Of a stretch of DNA of 64,000 nucleotides, positions 36,398 to 45,927 are shown piece after piece. Both the position numbers and the translations under genes were made by a program. The first letter of the stretch is position 1, and each line of letters opens with the position of its first letter. The DNA is taken from positions 32,001-96,000 of IMG/VR virus record IMGVR_UViG_3300025108_000015; one strand, 5' to 3'. The stretch is from a virus. Below the pieces are notes generated by a model that was given only the letters and a program-made list of their open reading frames with translations, was not told the DNA's origin and ran no database searches.

Positions 36398-39355
36398 ATG
36401 AAAAAGTATTTAATTAATTTATTACTATTGTTATTACCAACTGTAACATTAGCACAAGGTACAAGTTGGTTTGAGTTAAAAGTAGAATTTGGTAGATACA
36501 TATTCACCAGTGGAAATGTATATTCAAACGACCAGTCAATTTTAATAAAGCAAGGTAACGATACATTATACTACAAAGACTACGTTTCCTTAACTAATCC
36601 AAGTACTTACAACTACACTATTTTAAATTGTGATACTGGTGATGTTAAGATAATACTTAACTCTAATAGAACTAGATGGTGGGATAATCAAGGTGTACCT
36701 CCGGTTGTGTGGTTACGAAACGCAACTCAAGATACATTTGTAAACATAGCCCCAATGACATTAGGGTTATTTAGTGGTGCAAACTCAGTTTACTCATACG
36801 ATACAACTGTTAATCTCCTATCACAACCACCACCATACGCAGGTTGTATGGATACATTATCTTCAACTTACGACTCTAATGCTAATATTAATAATGGTCA
36901 ATGTAAATATCCTGTAACTTTTGCAGTAGATATGAACTCTTATAATGACACGTTCTCTCAAGTTTATGTAAGTGGGCAGTTTAATAGTTGGAGTGGTATT
37001 GCAGATTCTTTATCTGATTCAGATGGTGATGGTATTTGGACAGGTACTATTGATATACTAAACAATCCAGGTTGGTTATGGAAGTACTCAGTTGATAACT
37101 GGGTTGACCAAGAGTTACCACCAAATATGCAAAACAATCAAAACCCATACGCTACTTGTTTCTTATTAGATGCCGCAGGGTTTACAAATAGAAATCTTAT
37201 TGTAGATGGAACATCAGTAGTATTAGATACTAATTGTTGGGAAAAGTGTTTAGATTGTGCTGATATTATAGGATGTACTGATACCACTTCTGCCGAATAC
37301 AACCCATGGGCTACAATAAGTGATGGGAAGTGTATAGGGAATCCAGCAGATACACTTTCTTGTTCTTCAAGTGAAACTTACTTAGACGTACAATTCACTC
37401 CCGATAACTATGGTAGTGAATCAAGTTGGATTCTTTATGACAATAATGGAGCAGTATATACAGCATCTCAAGGGACCTATTCTGGCGCATCACCAGGTAT
37501 AGCTATATCACATTACATTTGTGTTGATACAAATGTATTAGTAGATATTGTAATTAACGATTCTTATGGTGATGGTTTAAATGGTACTTTATTTGGTGGT
37601 CAAGTAGATGGTGATTTAAAAGTATATGATTGTTCAGGTAATCTATTATGGTCGTTATCTGATACAATTCCAAATGGTAACTTTGGGTATCAATTCACAT
37701 CTCCACAATTTAATACTGGAGGGATATGTTCTTCAGGCGCGTCTGATGTTTATGGGTGTATGAATCCATTCTCAACCACATACAATCCAAGTGCTACAAT
37801 AGACACGGGTACGTGTGGGCCAGCCCGAATAGTAGGATGTACTGACACATCAGCATTCAACTATGTAGATACCGCTAACACCAGTGAGATAATGACTGGC
37901 GATTATACCTTAAAAATAAAAGATGGCGCCTCAAATGGTTGGGGTGGTACTTGGTTAGGTATCAAACAAGGTGATAACTTGTCTCCTCAATTTAAAATGG
38001 GACCAAATGATGGTTATGAATTAACGTTTGATGTACCTTTAAACATCTATGAACCAATTGATTTGTACCTATTTACAACGACTCAATCTCAAAACTCAAT
38101 CGCTCAGATAGCATATACGTTGTATGGTCCTGAAGGTGATACTATTGTAGATGTTCCGTTTTGGGGAGCAACTACATTACAATTCCCCATAATTCAAAGA
38201 GTTGATTCACAACCAACATTTGGTGATGTTTGTATCGAAAAAGTATTCGGATGTACCGATTCAACATCTATTAATTACGATTCATTAGCTAATACCGATG
38301 ATGGTGGGTGTATTCCTGTTATTTTAGGATGTATGAATCCATTGTCATTTAATTACAACCCTAATGCAAATACGCCTGATACTTGTATAGCTATTAAAGT
38401 AGGTTGTACGGATTCAACAATGTGGAATTACGACCCATTAGCAAATACGTCAGGTACTTGTATTCCTTATATCTATGGTTGTACAAACCCATCCTCATTT
38501 AATTATAATGCATTAGCTAACACGGATGATGGTTCATGTGTTCCTGTAATTTATGGGTGTACGGACCCAACATCTTATAATTACGATTCATTAGCTAACA
38601 CGGATGATGGGTCGTGTATCGCTAGAGTGTATGGTTGTACTGATTCAACTTCGTTTAACTTTGACCCATTAGCTAATACTGATAATGGAACTTGTGTTCC
38701 TTACATTTATGGGTGTATGGATGTTAACTCATTTAACTACAATCCTGATGCTAATACAAATCAAGTATCGGCTACTGATTTTTCAAACCCATGTATTCCA
38801 ATTATCTATGGTTGTACTGATTCAACGTCACTTAACTACAACCCATTAGCTAATACTGATAATGGTAGTTGTATTACCCCAATATATGGTTGTACTGACC
38901 CAAATGCTCATAATTATAACCCAAATGCTAATGTTTCTGACACTACGGCGTGTTTATATGATGCTGGGTGTATAGATGGGCCTGGTAACCCATATTGGTT
39001 AAATGACCCATGTTACGCTTGGGTAATTGATGTAGACGAGTATTGTTGTACTAATTCGTGGGACACTGATTGTCAATATCTGTATGATTATTGTGCTACT
39101 GTCAATGGTACTCTTAGTATTGATGATATTGACTTTAAAAATATTGTTGTGTATCCTAACCCAACAACAAATACATTAAATATCAGAACTACCTTGGATA
39201 TTACATATACTTTATACGACTTTATGGGTAAATTGATTGTTGAAAATTCTAAAGAACGAACAATTGATATGTCATCATTAGCAAATGGTGTTTATTTCCT
39301 ATCAATTGAACACCATGGTACACGATTTAATAAAAAAATTGTAAAGGAAGATTAA
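36398..39355 (+). CDS. Secreted repeat protein with a T9SS type-A C-terminal sorting domain
   Basis: Signal peptide ending TLA-Q; CBM48/CBM20-like module (VTFAVDM...VSGQFNSW...D.DGDGIW); 13 GC(T/M)D/N Cys repeats; C-terminal VYPNP...L...D..GK.I...IDMSSL.NGVYFL......KKIVK. Confidence 0.85.
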   Translation: MKKYLINLLLLLLPTVTLAQGTSWFELKVEFGRYIFTSGNVYSNDQSILIKQGNDTLYYKDYVSLTNPSTYNYTILNCDTGDVKIILNSNRTRWWDNQGVPPVVWLRNATQDTFVNIAPMTLGLFSGANSVYSYDTTVNLLSQPPPYAGCMDTLSSTYDSNANINNGQCKYPVTFAVDMNSYNDTFSQVYVSGQFNSWSGIADSLSDSDGDGIWTGTIDILNNPGWLWKYSVDNWVDQELPPNMQNNQNPYATCFLLDAAGFTNRNLIVDGTSVVLDTNCWEKCLDCADIIGCTDTTSAEYNPWATISDGKCIGNPADTLSCSSSETYLDVQFTPDNYGSESSWILYDNNGAVYTASQGTYSGASPGIAISHYICVDTNVLVDIVINDSYGDGLNGTLFGGQVDGDLKVYDCSGNLLWSLSDTIPNGNFGYQFTSPQFNTGGICSSGASDVYGCMNPFSTTYNPSATIDTGTCGPARIVGCTDTSAFNYVDTANTSEIMTGDYTLKIKDGASNGWGGTWLGIKQGDNLSPQFKMGPNDGYELTFDVPLNIYEPIDLYLFTTTQSQNSIAQIAYTLYGPEGDTIVDVPFWGATTLQFPIIQRVDSQPTFGDVCIEKVFGCTDSTSINYDSLANTDDGGCIPVILGCMNPLSFNYNPNANTPDTCIAIKVGCTDSTMWNYDPLANTSGTCIPYIYGCTNPSSFNYNALANTDDGSCVPVIYGCTDPTSYNYDSLANTDDGSCIARVYGCTDSTSFNFDPLANTDNGTCVPYIYGCMDVNSFNYNPDANTNQVSATDFSNPCIPIIYGCTDSTSLNYNPLANTDNGSCITPIYGCTDPNAHNYNPNANVSDTTACLYDAGCIDGPGNPYWLNDPCYAWVIDVDEYCCTNSWDTDCQYLYDYCATVNGTLSIDDIDFKNIVVYPNPTTNTLNIRTTLDITYTLYDFMGKLIVENSKERTIDMSSLANGVYFLSIEHHGTRFNKKIVKED
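38240..38960 (+). repeat. In-frame tandem repeats (9 units of ~25-27 aa, GCTD...NY(D/N)PLANTDDG.C) within the T9SS cargo gene
   Basis: Recurrent ggttgtac(t/g)ga...aattac...ttagctaa(t/c)ac(t/g)gat units; boundaries approximate. Confidence 0.85.
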
Positions 39356-39356
39356 T

Positions 39357-40436
39357 ATGAAAAAGTTATTGTTATTACTGATATTACCTCTTACAATGTC
39401 AGCACAAACTAAAGATGATAAATCAACACTTAGTGATTTCAAAAAGAATTTAAATAAAATTACTAAGTTTGCTACATTCTATGGTGCATATAATGGTAAT
39501 AATTCGATTTCGGATATTACCACATACTCAGTTACGGATGGGCTAAGTACGACAACAACTGTAACTCCTTACGATTACTCAGCAGTATTTGGATTGAGAA
39601 AGATTCAGAGATTTGGATATGAACCAAATATTCAGAATAGGTTTAAGAATGGTACTGAAAACTCATTCTCAGATGCAGCAACCATAGGAAGTAAATCACG
39701 TGGATTCGAGTATTTGTTCGAATTTGATTATAGAAGACAACAAGGTAAGCAGTTCTTAAATCAAGACCACTTTGTAAGATACATTGCAGACAACTATGTA
39801 TTTAAAGTAGAATACTTAGAGGATGGGTTTGCTGATATTGGTTATTTCGAGTCTTCAGAAAGACTTAGACATAAGTTCAATAGAAAGTTTTCAATTAATA
39901 TAGGTGCAATGCAACGTATCTCAGAACCATATGGATTCGACCCATTTGCCGATTGTATAAGACCTGATGGTAGTATCCCATGGATGAAAATAGCTACCGA
40001 TATGGGGTACAATTGGAATACATTGGGGTTGGGTGATGTTTATACAAATCCTAATGGTGAAATAGTAGCTAATAGTACCGCAGTATTCGAAGAAGTGGTT
40101 GTACCACAAATACTTTCAGAGTATGCTAATAACCAAAGAAATCAGTTACCTAACAAATGGGAACACTCATTGGTATTAGGATTTGATTATTACAAATACT
40201 CTAAAAACTTTTGGTTACACTCGTGGGCAAACTTGTTACCATATCACCTTGACTTAGACGATGATTATAGTTACCATAAATTTCACAATGGGCAATGGAT
40301 AGATTATTCAGGTGGACTAATTCTTGGATACCGATTCAATAAGTCATTGGGTATATTTACTGAAGGTAGATATCATCAATATTGGAATCGTAGTTGGTAT
40401 GAATTCTCAACTGGTATAAACTTTATTATATTATAA
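39357..40436 (+). CDS. Putative outer-membrane beta-barrel protein
   Basis: Signal peptide ending MSA-Q; aromatic/Gly-rich alternating strands; C-terminal YEFSTGINFIIL strand. Confidence 0.55.
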   Translation: MKKLLLLLILPLTMSAQTKDDKSTLSDFKKNLNKITKFATFYGAYNGNNSISDITTYSVTDGLSTTTTVTPYDYSAVFGLRKIQRFGYEPNIQNRFKNGTENSFSDAATIGSKSRGFEYLFEFDYRRQQGKQFLNQDHFVRYIADNYVFKVEYLEDGFADIGYFESSERLRHKFNRKFSINIGAMQRISEPYGFDPFADCIRPDGSIPWMKIATDMGYNWNTLGLGDVYTNPNGEIVANSTAVFEEVVVPQILSEYANNQRNQLPNKWEHSLVLGFDYYKYSKNFWLHSWANLLPYHLDLDDDYSYHKFHNGQWIDYSGGLILGYRFNKSLGIFTEGRYHQYWNRSWYEFSTGINFIIL

Positions 40437-40440
40437 TATC

Positions 40441-40674
40441 ATGAAAAACTTTAAAAAAAATATTGGAACATTATTATTGACTATCATAGTAATACTCCAC
40501 ATAATATTCATACATTTAAAGATATCAAGCGTAGAATCTAAGATTCCAACTGACTATGTACCAAGAATGGAATATGAATTAAAAGACCAAATGATTAGAC
40601 AATCGATAAATAATATTTTTGGTGATATTAGAGAAATACAAAAAGAACTTGAAAAAATAGAAGAGGGGAAGTAA
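40441..40674 (+). CDS. Single-TM coiled-coil membrane protein, paralog A
   Basis: N-terminal TM; RMEYELKDQMIR motif. Confidence 0.6.
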   Translation: MKNFKKNIGTLLLTIIVILHIIFIHLKISSVESKIPTDYVPRMEYELKDQMIRQSINNIFGDIREIQKELEKIEEGK

Positions 40675-40677
40675 GTT

Positions 40678-40962
40678 ATGGCTAAGAAGTTAGATGAGGG
40701 AACTCAAATTACTTTAGATTTAAAAACAATAGGAATCATCTTATTCTTTGTTGCCACTGTCGTAGGTATGTGGTTTACATTACAATCTGACATAGAAGAT
40801 GCAAAAGAATTACCAATACCACCCGATCCAGAAGTAACACGGATGGAGTTCGATATGAAAGACCAGATGATTCGTAATACTATTCTTAATACACAAGGTG
40901 ATGTTACTGAGATAAAAGAGGACATGAAGCGTATAGAAGAAAAAATAGATGAGTTGAGGTAA
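40678..40962 (+). CDS. Single-TM coiled-coil membrane protein, paralog B
   Basis: TM segment; RMEFDMKDQMIR motif shared with paralog A. Confidence 0.65.
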   Translation: MAKKLDEGTQITLDLKTIGIILFFVATVVGMWFTLQSDIEDAKELPIPPDPEVTRMEFDMKDQMIRNTILNTQGDVTEIKEDMKRIEEKIDELR

Positions 40963-40963
40963 C

Positions 40964-41293
40964 ATGAAAAAGATACTACTAATATTATCATTACTATTCA
41001 TTACAAATATATCAAAAGCTCAGATAGTTGTAATACACTTCAATGCTGCTTGGAACGAATCTAATTCAGTTAAGTGGGTAGATGGTTTAGAAGATTGTGA
41101 TATAGAACACGTTGATATCGCTAAAAAACCCAAACTACAAAAAGAATATCAAGTAGTAGTAGTACCTACTATTATAATACTTCAGTATGATGAAGTTAAA
41201 AAAAGATACCAAGCTGACTTGAGTTTTAAACTTAGTGCTACAAAAGAAGAAATACAAGATGCAATAGATGAACTTGTACTAAGTGGGTTTTAA
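40964..41293 (+). CDS. Exported thioredoxin-fold protein without CxxC
   Basis: Signal peptide ending SKA-Q; VIHFNAAWN..N at the active-site position; VDI...L..EY.V.VVPTIII (cis-Pro). Confidence 0.65.
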   Translation: MKKILLILSLLFITNISKAQIVVIHFNAAWNESNSVKWVDGLEDCDIEHVDIAKKPKLQKEYQVVVVPTIIILQYDEVKKRYQADLSFKLSATKEEIQDAIDELVLSGF

Positions 41294-41332
41294 CATCGTT
41301 ACATATTTATAATCAATAAGGAGTTACATTAC

Positions 41333-41578
41333 ATGAAAACAATTTGGAGAAAGATTATGGCTTTTAAAGACATTTTTAAAGATGACAACGATGTAAACGA
41401 GAAAAATGTAATAGGATTTCTATCATTTGCAGTAATGGTAATATTCGCAGCTGCCGATTTAATTACTGGTTACTTAGGTAAAGATTTGGTAGTTCAAGAA
41501 TTCATATACAACTCATTTGTGTTTATAACACTTGGTTGTTTTGGCATCGCAGGCTTAGAAAAGTTTGCTAAAAAATAG
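41333..41578 (+). CDS. Two-TM membrane protein (holin-like)
   Basis: Two hydrophobic helices and a basic C-terminus (EKFAKK). Confidence 0.5.
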   Translation: MKTIWRKIMAFKDIFKDDNDVNEKNVIGFLSFAVMVIFAAADLITGYLGKDLVVQEFIYNSFVFITLGCFGIAGLEKFAKK

Positions 41579-41584
41579 TAAAAA

Positions 41585-42229
41585 GTGAAACTTAGTGATA
41601 TAATAGAACTCAAGTCAATGGGGTACTCCGATGAGATTGACCCTAAACACTTGAAGGTGATGAAGGAAACTCCATCTATGTTGGCTGACTTTGAATGGAA
41701 GCAATTCGCAGGTCAACCACCACATGGTAATGATAATTCCAAAACGAAGATGGAACTCCACCAACTTGCTAAACTCCCTATGGATAACTCATTCGTAAAA
41801 GAAATGGATGATATATCTAAAGTATTCAAAGACTATTGTAATACAGTAGATATCGATTACCCAAAAGGATTAGTGGATATATTGATTGACGATTCTCGTA
41901 TTTTCATAACTAAACTTAAATACTTATATAATAGACCACGACCCAAACAATTGGCAAAACACCCAATGGTGAATGTCCCAATGAAGGATACTGAGTTGGA
42001 CTCTATGAATACTCCCTCATATCCAAGCGGACACTCAACTCAAGGTGTGTTAATTGGTTTGGTTTTGAGTGATATGTATCCGGACCATCAACACAATTTA
42101 ATGGACTTAGCAAAAGACATATCATACTCACGAAATGTGGGAAGAGCACACTACCCATCAGACTCAAAGTTTGGTGAAAAGCTTGGTAACGAAATGTTTA
42201 AGTATTTAAAAAAAGTGAAACTAATATAA
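41585..42229 (+). CDS. PAP2 / vanadium-haloperoxidase-like phosphatase
   Basis: K..Y.RPRP, PSYPSGHS, SR..G..HYPSD. Confidence 0.85.
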   Translation: MKLSDIIELKSMGYSDEIDPKHLKVMKETPSMLADFEWKQFAGQPPHGNDNSKTKMELHQLAKLPMDNSFVKEMDDISKVFKDYCNTVDIDYPKGLVDILIDDSRIFITKLKYLYNRPRPKQLAKHPMVNVPMKDTELDSMNTPSYPSGHSTQGVLIGLVLSDMYPDHQHNLMDLAKDISYSRNVGRAHYPSDSKFGEKLGNEMFKYLKKVKLI

Positions 42230-43317
42230 TGTCACTATACAAACAACATATGGGTGTTCGAATTGCCGAAGGTATTGACCTTGATATGATGAAGCTCATC
42301 AACAAGGCTATGAAGCAAATGCCCGGCTCTCCAAAGCAAAAGAAGACTATTGCACAACTAAATAAGTTGAGAAAATCTGCCGGACTTGAACCACTCAAAG
42401 AAGATATCAAAATACCAATTAAAGTGGGTGATACTGTTTTAGGTGGTAAATTCAAGAACAAGAGAATTGTAGTAAAGTCAATCGGTAAGAATGAAAAAGG
42501 TGATATCACAATCAATGGTAGACCACTCCTAAAGTATCGTATTATAGATAAGGTAGAAGAATCCGTACTAGCTGATAAGATTGAGTGTGACAATTGTGGT
42601 TCGACTTGGATGAAGAAAGATGGTGGTGATGACTTATACATTTGTCATAAGTGTGGTCACGACAATCAGAAATACGACAAAGCAGATAAGAGTTATAAAC
42701 GACTCAATGTAGGTGAATCATCTATCAACGAGTTTGGTGGTACTTTGTTTCATTTAGTTGGATTTGATTCAAACAACAAACCAGTTCAAAAGATAATCAA
42801 AAGGGTATCCGACTCCTTTATGAAGGATGTTGCCAAGTATGGTTCTGAAAAACTATTCAAAAGTGGTAAGAATGTCGAGTATGTAAAGATATACTACGAC
42901 AAGAACCATTTGGTAACTGTAAAAGATGGTGGTAGAAAAATAGTCAAAGAAAAGAGTTGGGGTAAGTTACCAATCAACGAAATCCCAATGGGAGACCTTC
43001 AGAAGATTGACCAATTCGCAGATAAGAAACTCAATCCAGTAGATGTAGTTCTAACTGACAAACATTTCTTTGATAGATTGAACGACCCCCGTAATGGTAA
43101 AGAGATATCACAAGCAGAACTCATAGGGTTCTTTAAACGATTGAGTAAGAAGAAGAAAGAGTTTGTTGAGTTTTTAAATCAGTATAACTCATTGGTGGCT
43201 GTGGATGATAGAACAAATCTTAACATTCCATTTATGAAGCAGGCAAACAAGGCAATCGCAAAAACAGTGATGCGTAAAAAAGATTTCAAATCTTCCGACA
43301 AAAAGTTGGATATTTAA
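42229..43317 (+). CDS. Multidomain probable virion protein with a Zn ribbon
   Basis: CDNC...CHKCGH; modules separated by L/I/V-x-E sites; C-terminal HFFDRLNDPRN domain. Confidence 0.5.
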   Translation: MSLYKQHMGVRIAEGIDLDMMKLINKAMKQMPGSPKQKKTIAQLNKLRKSAGLEPLKEDIKIPIKVGDTVLGGKFKNKRIVVKSIGKNEKGDITINGRPLLKYRIIDKVEESVLADKIECDNCGSTWMKKDGGDDLYICHKCGHDNQKYDKADKSYKRLNVGESSINEFGGTLFHLVGFDSNNKPVQKIIKRVSDSFMKDVAKYGSEKLFKSGKNVEYVKIYYDKNHLVTVKDGGRKIVKEKSWGKLPINEIPMGDLQKIDQFADKKLNPVDVVLTDKHFFDRLNDPRNGKEISQAELIGFFKRLSKKKKEFVEFLNQYNSLVAVDDRTNLNIPFMKQANKAIAKTVMRKKDFKSSDKKLDI

Positions 43318-43336
43318 TAAATTATTCGTATATTAG
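43305..43336 (+). promoter_or_regulatory. Bacteroidota sigma70-like promoter
   Basis: GTTG(43305)-N20-TATATTAG(43329); ATG only 2 nt downstream. Confidence 0.65.
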
Positions 43337-43338
43337 TA

Positions 43339-44103
43339 ATGAAATTAAAACAACTCATATTAGAAGGAATGTACGATAAACTCACGGGTGAAATCAATAA
43401 AGACGTATTCAAAACTATCAAGAATGCTATTAAGGGTAGTGGTACTCAAGAGAAGCCAAAGAAGTTTAAAGGGTATGATGTTCGTAAAGACCCAATGCCA
43501 ATGGTAGGTACAATGCAAAACCTATTTCAAGGTGAAAATAGAACATTATATGTTGGTGACTACACTGATAAAGTTAGTGGTGTTAGTGTTGAGGTTGAAC
43601 TCAAGCTCGCAGTAACTGAGGATGGTGTAGAGCCAGGTAAGTTCTTTATAGATGGTTCAGCTGAAGCTGATGAGGATTTCCCATCGTTGGAAGTAAATAT
43701 TGGTATTCATTCCGATGATGTTAATGGTAGTGTATTTTCAAAGATACAGCCAGTACTCAGAGATTTAGTAAGACATGAGATAGAACACCTAACACATGGC
43801 AAGGGTTCCGGCGCAGAGAAGTCTGGTAAGAGGATGAGAGGTGATACTGCGATGAGACGAAAGATTCGGTCTAATCCTAAATTGTATTACAAATACTTCT
43901 TACTACCAAAAGAGGTAGATGCAAACATCCACGGATTGTACTCTAAAGCAAAGACAATGAAACAACCCTACCAAAAAGTGGTTGATGATTACTTAGACTC
44001 GTTGGTTGATGATGATGTAATCACAATTGAGAAGAGAAAAGAAATTTATAAGAAGTGGAAGAAACGAATCCCAAAGATTGGTGGACTCCCTAAATTGAAG
44101 TAA
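43339..44103 (+). CDS. Putative zincin-like metallopeptidase domain protein
   Basis: VRHEIEH (HExxH) and downstream P.E..A. Confidence 0.55.
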   Translation: MKLKQLILEGMYDKLTGEINKDVFKTIKNAIKGSGTQEKPKKFKGYDVRKDPMPMVGTMQNLFQGENRTLYVGDYTDKVSGVSVEVELKLAVTEDGVEPGKFFIDGSAEADEDFPSLEVNIGIHSDDVNGSVFSKIQPVLRDLVRHEIEHLTHGKGSGAEKSGKRMRGDTAMRRKIRSNPKLYYKYFLLPKEVDANIHGLYSKAKTMKQPYQKVVDDYLDSLVDDDVITIEKRKEIYKKWKKRIPKIGGLPKLK

Positions 44104-44104
44104 T

Positions 44105-44674
44105 ATGGCTAAAGTATTAAGAGTTTTTGACTTTGATGACACACTTGCAACAACAGTGTCGTACATCTATGTAAAACACAAAGATGGGACTAAGACCACA
44201 CTATCGCCAGAGGAATATGCAAAGTATACCGAAAAATCTGGTGACGAGTATGACTTTAGTGACTTCAATCGTATGTTGAACAAACCACAAGTTATTAAGA
44301 AGAACTTCAAACTACTCCAGCGTATGTTAAAGAACCCTTCTAAGAAGGTAACAATCTTAACTGCACGTAAGTTAGGTTTCCCTATACGAAAGTTCTTTAA
44401 AGACGAGTATGGGATGGATGTATATCCAGTAGCACTCGCATCTAACAATCCAAAGGACAAAGCAGATTGGATTGAAAAACATATCAAAAAAGGATATACT
44501 GACATCGCATTTATGGATGACTCCATTAAGAATGTAAGAGCAGTGGGTAATCTACAAAAGAAATATCCAAATGTCAGAGTTAAGTCAGTACTCGCAGTAG
44601 AACATCTCAGTTCTAATGAAAAGACTGAATTAATAGAAAATTACCTATCTAACACATTCTTAGATATCATATAG
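44105..44674 (+). CDS. HAD-superfamily phosphatase
   Basis: FDFDDTL, ILTAR, K, FMDD...N. Confidence 0.8.
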   Translation: MAKVLRVFDFDDTLATTVSYIYVKHKDGTKTTLSPEEYAKYTEKSGDEYDFSDFNRMLNKPQVIKKNFKLLQRMLKNPSKKVTILTARKLGFPIRKFFKDEYGMDVYPVALASNNPKDKADWIEKHIKKGYTDIAFMDDSIKNVRAVGNLQKKYPNVRVKSVLAVEHLSSNEKTELIENYLSNTFLDII

Positions 44675-44719
44675 ACTATTTATAACCATAAGTTACTTAA
44701 TTCAATTAGGACTACGTAA

Positions 44720-45097
44720 ATGGCTAATACGCAAAAAGATATACTTAAAGAAATTCTTGTAGAAATTGCTGAAATGAAGGGTAAGTTACCAAATGGTGAA
44801 CTTAAACGTATGGAAGTGAGTATTAACGAGATGAAAGAAGATTATTCAGACTTAAAGACTGATGTATCTGATATAAAATTTACACTCTTAAATCCTGAAG
44901 ATGGTGTAATAGTACGTGTCAATAAAAACACGGTATATAGATATGACCGCGAAGACAAACAAGAGTACTATGATGGCGTACTAACCGAATTTGAAAAAAT
45001 GAAAGATTGGAAGGATGGTGTTACCAAAGCTCTATGGATTTTATTTGGTTCAATGATAGGTGTACTCGGATACATTATAAAATCCAACTTTATGTGA
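44720..45097 (+). CDS. Coiled-coil protein with a C-terminal TM helix
   Basis: ALWILFGSMIGVLGYII hydrophobic tail. Confidence 0.55.
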   Translation: MANTQKDILKEILVEIAEMKGKLPNGELKRMEVSINEMKEDYSDLKTDVSDIKFTLLNPEDGVIVRVNKNTVYRYDREDKQEYYDGVLTEFEKMKDWKDGVTKALWILFGSMIGVLGYIIKSNFM

Positions 45098-45130
45098 TTT
45101 ACTAACTTTCTTAAAACTATTTATGATTAT

Positions 45131-45337
45131 ATGATTAACTACGAACAATCGGCAATAGACGAAGTATATGATATTATACTATACAATCCGGACGTTCATA
45201 GTGAAATGAAGTTAAACATAGTAGATAACCTACTTGAGTATTACACTAATATCGAAGAATATGAAAAGTGTAAAAACTTACAAGAGTTACGGTTAGTTAT
45301 GGAGAGAGAAAATGAATCTAATAATAAAAAGACTTAG
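45131..45337 (+). CDS. Small protein with a UvrB/UvrC (UVR)-like motif
   Basis: LLEYY...EEYEKC..L..L. Confidence 0.5.
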   Translation: MINYEQSAIDEVYDIILYNPDVHSEMKLNIVDNLLEYYTNIEEYEKCKNLQELRLVMERENESNNKKT

Positions 45338-45500
45338 TAGTGAAGTACAAAGTTTAGATGGCAATACATTGATGTATGTTCAGACTGAAGGTGGTACTAA
45401 CATAAGAGCCGAAGTTTGTACCGAACAAGAGGTTTCAAACTATATTTACATACTAAAATCAGACTACGATATAAAACAAGTTATATATTTTGACCTTTAA
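45312..45500 (+). CDS. Hypothetical protein
   Basis: Coupled ORF. Confidence 0.45.
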   Translation: MNLIIKRLSSEVQSLDGNTLMYVQTEGGTNIRAEVCTEQEVSNYIYILKSDYDIKQVIYFDL

Positions 45501-45739
45501 TGGATTCCCGACTATATTTATTAAATGATGATATCCACTCGTTTGAAGACGTAGTGTTTGTTTTAAAACGTTACTTAGGTTATTCAGACTTACATGGAGC
45601 ATCTATTGCTGAATTAGTACATAGAACTGGTAAGTGTGAAATAAAGATAGGTGAGTTCTCTACATTAGAACTTGTCAAAGAAGCTTTAGTAAAAGAAGGT
45701 TATAACGTAAGATTGGAAAATGATTATGAAGGATACTAA
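45500..45739 (+). CDS. clpS: ATP-dependent Clp protease adaptor ClpS
   Basis: LYLLNDD.HSFE.V...L, A..VH..GKC. Confidence 0.75.
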   Translation: MDSRLYLLNDDIHSFEDVVFVLKRYLGYSDLHGASIAELVHRTGKCEIKIGEFSTLELVKEALVKEGYNVRLENDYEGY

Positions 45740-45926
45740 ATCCCAAGGATTGGGTGATACAATTGCAAAAATAACATCTGCTACTAAATTAGACAAGTTA
45801 GCAGAATCAATTGCTGATGCAGTTGGTGTGGATGATTGTGGGTGTAAATCGAGACAATCCAAGCTAAATAGAATGTTTCCATACAAAACTGGTAGAGACC
45901 CTAAAAACTTTCCAACAAAGGACTAA
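45726..45926 (+). CDS. Small phage protein (GLGDTIAK...CGC..RQ.KLN motif)
   Basis: Motif I recall as recurrent in phage small proteins. Confidence 0.55.
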   Translation: MKDTKSQGLGDTIAKITSATKLDKLAESIADAVGVDDCGCKSRQSKLNRMFPYKTGRDPKNFPTKD

Positions 45927-45927
45927 T

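Noticed and set aside
38240-38960. Regular DNA repeats as CRISPR or DGR template/variable repeats
   Set aside because: They are degenerate in-frame coding repeats with synonymous variation. There is no adenine-specific divergence pattern and no reverse transcriptase in the window.
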